DNA of 64,000 nucleotides from a virus. Lineage: Duplodnaviria; Caudoviricetes. The stretch is taken from IMG/VR virus record IMGVR_UViG_3300042013_000103. The stretch is one strand, 5' to 3'. The notes under the pieces were generated by a model that ran no database searches, was not told the DNA's origin, and saw only the letters and a program-made list of their open reading frames with translations. A program made the translations under genes and the position numbers. Of the stretch, positions 57,418-64,000 are shown piece by piece (within the stretch, counting starts at the first letter, position 1; each line of letters starts with the position of its first letter).

Positions 57418-57683
57418 TGCCTGACTCCGGGGAAAGATAGGTTAAGTATACTCTTAGGCTTACGAGTACTTTTACCGCGAAGGGCTCTACAATGCGTTTT
57501 GAGCGGTTTCGCTACGTACCCCCTAACGTGATGTATGGAGTCAAAAATAGTCGCTTAAAACGCCTCAAGTTAGCTCGAAAAAGTAAGCACTAAAAGGATG
57601 TGTATCGTATGCGAGAGACAAATTACTGAACTGAATCTAAGTATGTTTATTCACCTCCAACACACCTTAATGGGCACAGACCA

Positions 57684-59966
57684 ATGATCAAAGTTATTGT
57701 TAAACTCGACGGAACGGAAGAAGCGTTCTCCCCTCACAAGATCAATGGCTGGGGCGAATGGGCAGCCAAAGAACTGGGTGATCGTGTTGACTGGTCCGCG
57801 GTGGTAATGGATGCGGTGGCGTCGTTGCCATCGAAGTGCACATCTCAAGAACTGCAACAAGCGCTGATTGATCAGTGCCTCGACCGCAAAACCTGGTCGT
57901 ATTACCTGATGGCCGGTCGTCTCTACGCGGTGTTGCTGCGTAAGAAGCACTACGGTACCGCGGGTATCCCGACCGTGAAAGCGTTGCACACCAAAATGCG
58001 TAAGGCCGGTGTGATCGTGAAGATGGACTACTCGACACAAGAATACAAACAAATCGAGAAGTTGATCAACCACGACCTCGACCTGAATTGCCCGCATTTC
58101 TCGCTACACCACACGCGTCGCAAGTACGCGCTGCAGAACCGCGTCACCAAAGAAGAATTCGAAACCCAGCAATTCACTTACATGCGCATGGCCATGGCGT
58201 TGGCTGAACACGAGCCCCGTGACGTTCGCATGGAACACCTGAAGAACTTCTACTGGCTGTTCTCCAACAAGAAACTGTCGGCCCCGACCCCGAACTATGT
58301 CAACCTGGGCACCGTGCTCAAAGGCTTCGCGTCGTGCTGCCTGTTCGCGACGGGTGACGAAGGCGTGTCATTGGCCATGGGCGACTACATTGCCAACATC
58401 ATGACCCAGTCCGCGGCCGGCATCGGTGTGAACGTGATGTGCCGTTCGATCGGCGACGAAGTCCGTAAAGGTCTGATCATTCACCAAGGCAAACTCCCGT
58501 ACTACGCGGTGATGGGCAAGTCCGTCGGTGCCAACCTGCAGAACGGCCGGGGCGGTGCGTGCAACGTCTTCTATAATGCCTTCGACCCGGAAGCCAACAT
58601 CATCTCCCAGCTGCGCAACCCACGCAGTCCTGAAGACCGTCGTAACCGTGACCTGCACTACACGCTGATCACCAACCAGTTCTTCGACCAGAAAGCGGCC
58701 AAGAACGAAGACGTGTTCACCTGGAACATTTACACCGCTCCGGAACTGCACGCGGCGTTCTATAGCAAAGACAACGAACTGTTCGCGGAACTGTACGCCA
58801 AGCGCGAAGCCGACCCAACGTTCAAGAAGAATTACATCTCGGCCCGTAAGCTGTTGCTGGTCGCGTTGAACGAAGCCTACGAAACCGGTACCACCTACTG
58901 GTACAACGTGGACGAGTCCAACCGCCACACGCCGTTCCTGGACGCCATCCACAGCTCCAACCTGTGCGTGGAAATCCACGAAGCGACCATCCCGTATTTG
59001 AACATGATGGACCTGTACTCCACCGAAGACCATGGCCGTGGCGAAATCGCGACCTGTTCGTTGGCGGCCATCCCGGTGGACAACATCGAGAACGATAAAG
59101 AGTACGCCCTGGCGTCGTACTACGCGTTGAAAATGATCGACTACTGCATCAACCACGCTGAATACGCTTTCCCGCACCTGGCGTTCACCGCCAAGCAACG
59201 GATGTCGGCGGCCGTGGGCATCATGGGCCTGGCCACCCACATGGCCCGTAACCAGTTCTCGTACTCTTCCCCGGAAGGCAAGCGCGAACTGCACTTCGTG
59301 GCAGAGCGCCATGCGTTCCACATGATCAGCGCGTCGCTGCGCATCGGTAAAGAACGCGGCAATGCGCCGTGGATGCACAAGACCAAATGGCCATCGGGCT
59401 GGTTGCCAATCGACACCTACAACCGTAACGTCGACACCATCCTGGAAGGCGGCTTTGAGCTGACCTACAAATGGGAACCGCTGCGTGCCGAGATTATCGC
59501 CAACGGCGGCATCGGTCACACGGTCACTTGCGCGCACATGCCAGGTGAGGCCTCCTCCAAGGCCCTGGGTGGCACGAACTCGTTGTACGGTGCTCGTCGT
59601 CTGGTCATCAACAAAACCGACGGCAACACGGTCGTACAGTGGGCTGCACCATTCGGCGACGACCCGGCATACAAGTACCACTTGGCCTGGGACATCCCAT
59701 CCGATGACATGATCGATTGCTACGCAGTCTTCCAGAAGTTCACGGACCAAGGGATCTCGGCGGACATGTTCCGTCGCATTGTCGGTGAAGAGAAGATCAC
59801 CACCAATGAAATGTTGAAACAGCATTTCCGTATGAGGAAGATGGGTCTGAAGGGACGCTACTACCAGAATACCGAAACCACCGACAACCTGTCGTTGGAA
59901 GCGTTGAGCTCAGCGTTTGAAAACGTAACCGAACAAATGTGCCCTAGCGGTGTGTGTTCCGTTTAA
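57684..59966 (+). CDS. nrdA: Class Ia ribonucleotide reductase alpha subunit with ATP cone, 760 aa
   Basis: VIVKLDGTEE ATP-cone start, ASCC, SNLCVEI, ATCSL, YY, C-terminal CPSGVC. Confidence 0.93.
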   Translation: MIKVIVKLDGTEEAFSPHKINGWGEWAAKELGDRVDWSAVVMDAVASLPSKCTSQELQQALIDQCLDRKTWSYYLMAGRLYAVLLRKKHYGTAGIPTVKALHTKMRKAGVIVKMDYSTQEYKQIEKLINHDLDLNCPHFSLHHTRRKYALQNRVTKEEFETQQFTYMRMAMALAEHEPRDVRMEHLKNFYWLFSNKKLSAPTPNYVNLGTVLKGFASCCLFATGDEGVSLAMGDYIANIMTQSAAGIGVNVMCRSIGDEVRKGLIIHQGKLPYYAVMGKSVGANLQNGRGGACNVFYNAFDPEANIISQLRNPRSPEDRRNRDLHYTLITNQFFDQKAAKNEDVFTWNIYTAPELHAAFYSKDNELFAELYAKREADPTFKKNYISARKLLLVALNEAYETGTTYWYNVDESNRHTPFLDAIHSSNLCVEIHEATIPYLNMMDLYSTEDHGRGEIATCSLAAIPVDNIENDKEYALASYYALKMIDYCINHAEYAFPHLAFTAKQRMSAAVGIMGLATHMARNQFSYSSPEGKRELHFVAERHAFHMISASLRIGKERGNAPWMHKTKWPSGWLPIDTYNRNVDTILEGGFELTYKWEPLRAEIIANGGIGHTVTCAHMPGEASSKALGGTNSLYGARRLVINKTDGNTVVQWAAPFGDDPAYKYHLAWDIPSDDMIDCYAVFQKFTDQGISADMFRRIVGEEKITTNEMLKQHFRMRKMGLKGRYYQNTETTDNLSLEALSSAFENVTEQMCPSGVCSV

Positions 59967-60031
59967 AGCCTACAACTTGGGTGGTGTAACAGCCACCCAT
60001 TTTATCCCTGATTTGTCAATTGGAACTCAGC

Positions 60032-61195
60032 ATGAACGCACCGTTTAAAGTAGACCAGCTCCCCACGAACATTTTCAACCTGCAGAAAAACGATTACGAT
60101 GTCCCGGAAATCATCCTGGGGCAGCAACCCGGGTTGTTCGACTCGATCAACAACCACTTCCCGGCGCCGTGGAAGATTTACAAACGCTTGCGCAAGCTGG
60201 ACTGGGACGAACACGAAGTCGATTTTGGCCCGTGCAACGCCGAGTTCAAATCCTGCGATCCGGACATCCGCGACATCATGATTGAAACGCTGGCCTGGCA
60301 ATGGGAAGCGGACTCGATCGCCGCCCGTTCCATCGTGGGCATCTTGGCCCCGGTGATCACCGATTCCCGCATCTGGCAAGCGTACCTGCGCATCAACGAA
60401 AACGAAGGCGTGCACGCACTGACGTACTCCGAGATCGTTCGCGTGTCGTTCGATAACCCTGACGAAATCCGTGCGGCCGTCCTCGCCGTGGAAGAAGCTC
60501 AGTCACGCATGTCGGCCGTGGCGAATATCATGGCGACGGCGTACACCGCGTCCCACGAGTACGCGCTGGGCATCCGTCAGAACGACCAGTCCATGTACAA
60601 CGACATCTTCATGTATTTCATCGCCCTCTACTTCTTGGAGCGCATTCAGTTCATGGCGTCGTTTGCCATCACCTTCGCCATCGGTAAAGCCGGGAACTTC
60701 CAACCGATCTCCGACGTGGTGAAGAAGATTGCACAGGACGAATTCGAGATCCATTCGCAGTACGGCCAAGAGATCATCCGCATCCTGTTGCAATCGGAAC
60801 GGGGCAAGCTGGCGTACATCCAGTGCAAACAGCGCATCCTCGGCCTGGCCAAAGAAATCCTGTGGACCGAAACCACCTGGGCCAAGTACATCTTCCGCAA
60901 CAACCGTGAACTGGTTGGCGTGAACATTCCGAAGCTGGTCAACTGGGTGCAGTTCAACGGCCTGGCAGCGTTCACCTTCCTGGGCATTCAAGACGACGTC
61001 GTGTCGTTGTGCCAAGAAGACTATGAAAAGGAATTCAACCTGCCGCTGGCAATGCCAAAGGTCAACCCGATCCCGTTCCTGCAGGATTACCTCGACATCG
61101 CCGGTAGTCAGGCATCGCCACAAGAGCAATCGCAAACTGCTTATATGGTGAATTTGATGGACGCTGCAGGGGAGCAAGAAGTTTTCGATATGTAA
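60032..61195 (+). CDS. nrdB: Class Ia ribonucleotide reductase beta subunit, 387 aa
   Basis: WEADS, ENEGVHALTY (ExxH plus radical Tyr), ERIQF, DEFEIH. Confidence 0.93.
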   Translation: MNAPFKVDQLPTNIFNLQKNDYDVPEIILGQQPGLFDSINNHFPAPWKIYKRLRKLDWDEHEVDFGPCNAEFKSCDPDIRDIMIETLAWQWEADSIAARSIVGILAPVITDSRIWQAYLRINENEGVHALTYSEIVRVSFDNPDEIRAAVLAVEEAQSRMSAVANIMATAYTASHEYALGIRQNDQSMYNDIFMYFIALYFLERIQFMASFAITFAIGKAGNFQPISDVVKKIAQDEFEIHSQYGQEIIRILLQSERGKLAYIQCKQRILGLAKEILWTETTWAKYIFRNNRELVGVNIPKLVNWVQFNGLAAFTFLGIQDDVVSLCQEDYEKEFNLPLAMPKVNPIPFLQDYLDIAGSQASPQEQSQTAYMVNLMDAAGEQEVFDM

Positions 61196-61207
61196 CAAAA
61201 AAGAAAC

Positions 61208-61244
61208 GGCATAAGCCCTCTCCCGAAGGAGAGGGCGATATGTC
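61208..61244. terminator. Bidirectional hairpin between nrdB and endonuclease
   Basis: ggcataagccctctcc-cgaa-ggagagggcgatatgtc. Confidence 0.75.
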
Positions 61245-61245
61245 A

Positions 61246-61932
61246 TTAAACGTAGAACCAGTCTTTCCACTGCGGCGAGTTTGATTTTAATCGAAGACGA
61301 GTTGTGTCGGCCCTAGTGTTATTCTGCCTAGCCGCTTCACGTGAGCTTGCATAGACGATTCCATTTATTGAAACCTTCTTACTGCGCGCACGATTTCTAG
61401 CCCGACACATCTCCGCAATGGATTCAGGTTGCGGCTTTCCTTTCTTTTGGGTGGATAGTATCTGTTTGGTTAGATCTGAAGTAATTCTTCCAGTTAGGGC
61501 TGCACTTATTTTCTTCCTTACCTCTTCACTAACGACCGCCCCCTTCATGCGTTCCGACAGGCGTTGTCTATGAGCAGCATCATACACCCTACCTTTATTA
61601 GAAATCCTAGCATCCATCGCGAGGTTTAACAATAACCCTGTTGGAGCATAATGGTTGATAAGGGCTTGTTCTACGTCATAGGCATCTTCGCGAGTCTTGG
61701 TTACATAGAACACTTTATTAAAATTAGGGTTTTCATTGTAAGCAGCCTGGAATTGATGATTAATGTGATAGTTACCCTTTAGTAACGTTAGATGGTTGGC
61801 AGCACGTAAACCGATCCGTGTGGAACTACCCACGTAGACTTTCCGGGTCTTCTCTTGGTAGAGACAATACACTCCGGTAGTCCATGATGTGTTAGTAATG
61901 TGGTCTGGATGAGGAATTAAAGTATTTAACAT
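61246..61932 (-). mobile_element. Free-standing GIY-YIG homing endonuclease with NUMOD3-type repeats, 228 aa
   Basis: GVYCLY...KVYVGSS..IGLR, repeats HRQRLSERMKG / VRKKISAALTG / TKQILSTQKKG; AT-rich; AAGGAG RBS. Confidence 0.88.
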
Positions 61933-61981
61933 AAATACTCCTTTAAGTAAAGATGATCTCCGTTGAACTACGTTCACCGAA

Positions 61982-61990
61982 ATAATATAG
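61982..61990 (-). promoter_or_regulatory. Early-type promoter of the endonuclease
   Basis: CTATATTAT, one mismatch to consensus, about 50 nt upstream of the ATG. Confidence 0.5.
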
Positions 61991-62235
61991 TCACATAACG
62001 TGTTCGAATCCATTGTACCAAGTTAACCTGATGGACTCGCATGGCGAACAAGAAGTGTTCGAGATGTAATGCTATGTATTGCTGTACCCATCCCGTGGCA
62101 AAGAACCCTTTACTTTTCTTGGAAGGGTTTTTACTGCGCGGTGGCGTTAACCCATAGGGGTCCGCCTTCGGGCGGGCTCTTATGTCGTCAATTTTATGTA
62201 ACGTCATTTAAACTTTCTGAAACTGAGTAGCCCTC

Positions 62236-64000
62236 ATGAATACTTCCGAACAACAAACACCCACGGATGGCGGGGATCAACCACCATTGCACGAAGACAA
62301 CTCACGTGAAGACCCTGCTAACCGTCCGGAACCCACGGAAGATGAAGGCTCGCGTCAACACCACGTCATTCCGACCGAACCCTTGGCGGAACCGGATTAC
62401 GACCTGTGCCCGGAAGGCAACACCCCTGGGGCCGGCAACATCTACGCCATGGAACGCTTCCTCGACCGTACTCAGTTTAAAGAACTGGTGGGCACCCCGA
62501 GCCTGGAAACGTTCCTGTTCGGTCCCCACGTGACCCCCGCTGAAACAGAAGCCGCCACGTTCACGTTCCAGGAGCACATTTACCGATCGTCGGACTTGCA
62601 GAAGTTGGTGGACTGCATTCCCGTTACGCAGTTCCCTTTGGAGAAGCTTCAGTGGATGGCGGGTTTGCCGTTTGATCAAGCCCTGGTGGATGCTGCTGAC
62701 CTCAGCTTGCCGGTGGTCGTGACCGAACACGAGATGGGCAGTTGGACCGCCCCGGATGGGCTGCCGCGTGTTATTAAAGCCCTGCAGCAGAAAGCCGTCA
62801 CCCTCCCCGCCAAAGTGGTCCCGCCTGGGTTTGAATTGAGCCTGCATCCAGTCAAGCCAGGCAACGAAGGGGTGTTCGACTTCTTTAAGAAACTGTTCCA
62901 GCCTTCCCCCAAAGCCCACGACGCCAACGCGGTGAAGGTGCTGGAGAGCCAGTACAAGAACCTGACCTGGCTGAACCAACAAAGCTTTGCGGAAGGGGAG
63001 ATTGACTTGGGCAAAGCGGGCAAAGCACTGGCCATTAAAGGCAAGGTACCCGCGGACATTCAAACCGCCGTGACCTTGGCGCTGAAAGAGTTCGGGGACG
63101 CCAGTCGGGATTTGGTCAAAGCACTCAAGCCGATTTTGGGTGAGGTCGATGAACGGCTGGATGATGTGTACGACAGCAGTTCGGCTGAGTGGGAAATGGA
63201 CCAAATAGCGGATCTGGTGGATGAAGCCAACACCCTGATTCGCAATGCCACGGCTGCCTTTACCTTGGGTGACGACAAGGTCACCTCGACCACCACCAAA
63301 GCGCTGGATGCCAAAGGCGTGCAACAGTTGGCGACGGGGTTGCTGAAGTTGATCGCTCTGTACGAGACCACCCGGCAACAGTTGGGGAACCTCGGCGTGG
63401 CGGAAGCCGAATGGCAAATGGCGGACATCCTGACCGAATACCCGGATCAGACGTTGGCGGAAAGTTCCTTTGCAGGCTTTCGTATCTTGGACGAACTCGA
63501 AGAAGTGATTCGGGTGTTGACCATCGCCATTGACAAATCGATCAAGGCCACCGGTGGCACTCCATCCACGGTGTCCAAAGAAGGCTTTGGGGATTTCATC
63601 AAAGGGCTATTCACCAAGAAACCGGTGGAAGTGGATTTCCGTAACCTCACGGAAGTGCGGCGCAAACTGAAAGAAACCCTGTTGTCGGATAAGTGGTTGG
63701 CCCAACAGGGTTTCATCACCGATGACGTGACCTTGGTGGTACCGGCTTTCTTGGTGACCGGCGACTACAGTTCCGTCGTGCGCATCATGGAGAACAGCGC
63801 CAAAGGGGCGATTGCCAAAAACAAGGCCGCCTTGCAGACGTGGTACGCGACGTGGGAACGCATTAACAAATACGCCACCAGCGGTGATATGAACAGTTGG
63901 ACCGTTGCCGGCGTCCGCGACATGATCGACAGCGTGGACACCGACGCCGACATTGATTTCGTGGACATGCCGGATCTGATGAAAGGTCCCCGTTCGGTGA
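62236..64000 (+). CDS. Internal head/ejection-type virion protein with prohead-protease sites (phiKZ gp303 position), runs off window end
   Basis: Hand-translated, open in the segments checked (absent from ORF track); acidic propeptide, AME/SLE/GNE/SKE sites, repeated E-GxxDFxKxLF modules. Confidence 0.7.
   Translation, partial: MNTSEQQTPTDGGDQPPLHEDNSREDPANRPEPTEDEGSRQHHVIPTEPLAEPDYDLCPEGNTPGAGNIYAMERFLDRTQFKELVGTPSLETFLFGPHVTPAETEAATFTFQEHIYRSSDLQKLVDCIPVTQFPLEKLQWMAGLPFDQALVDAADLSLPVVVTEHEMGSWTAPDGLPRVIKALQQKAVTLPAKVVPPGFELSLHPVKPGNEGVFDFFKKLFQPSPKAHDANAVKVLESQYKNLTWLNQQSFAEGEIDLGKAGKALAIKGKVPADIQTAVTLALKEFGDASRDLVKALKPILGEVDERLDDVYDSSSAEWEMDQIADLVDEANTLIRNATAAFTLGDDKVTSTTTKALDAKGVQQLATGLLKLIALYETTRQQLGNLGVAEAEWQMADILTEYPDQTLAESSFAGFRILDELEEVIRVLTIAIDKSIKATGGTPSTVSKEGFGDFIKGLFTKKPVEVDFRNLTEVRRKLKETLLSDKWLAQQGFITDDVTLVVPAFLVTGDYSSVVRIMENSAKGAIAKNKAALQTWYATWERINKYATSGDMNSWTVAGVRDMIDSVDTDADIDFVDMPDLMKGPRSV

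Noticed and set aside
18815-61195. Inteins or introns in DNA polymerase, terminase, nrdA and nrdB
   Set aside because: All have normal lengths and contiguous motifs, with no intein C/HN termini or LAGLIDADG blocks
1-64000. CRISPR arrays, tRNA or rRNA genes, IS elements
   Set aside because: No regularly spaced repeats, cloverleafs or transposase motifs were seen by eye; tRNAscan was not run

Overview
This 64 kb window comes from a nucleus-forming jumbo phage (Chimalliviridae, phiKZ-like). It looks GC-rich by eye (roughly mid-50s %, not computed). The core gene order resembles phiKZ gp69 back to about gp303, read in reverse. On the minus strand are partial PicA/Imp1, the nvRNAP promoter-specificity subunit, ChmC, an SbcD-like nuclease, the nvRNAP beta-prime N-terminal subunit, chimallin, the DNA polymerase subunit, PhuZ tubulin, an RNA ligase, and the tail tube and sheath. 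On the plus strand are baseplate-region proteins, the large terminase, nrdA/nrdB and a proteolytically processed head protein. DHFR, a DUF1353 protein and a free-standing GIY-YIG endonuclease are also present. Accessory cassettes of small genes lie between the core blocks. Many begin at a conserved CTATATTAC early promoter and end at a conserved hairpin family. The most striking observations are: (1) a 134-aa accessory ORF carrying a near-identical 42-nt copy of a conserved segment of the nuclear-import gene picA, 40 kb away; (2) a 61-aa ORF, in frame directly behind the tail-tube stop codon, that repeats the tube C-terminus; (3) a 29-nt promoter shared exactly by chimallin and the gp68/picA operon; and (4) several tandem paralog arrays. 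All phiKZ gp-number assignments come from motif recognition plus synteny; no database search was run.
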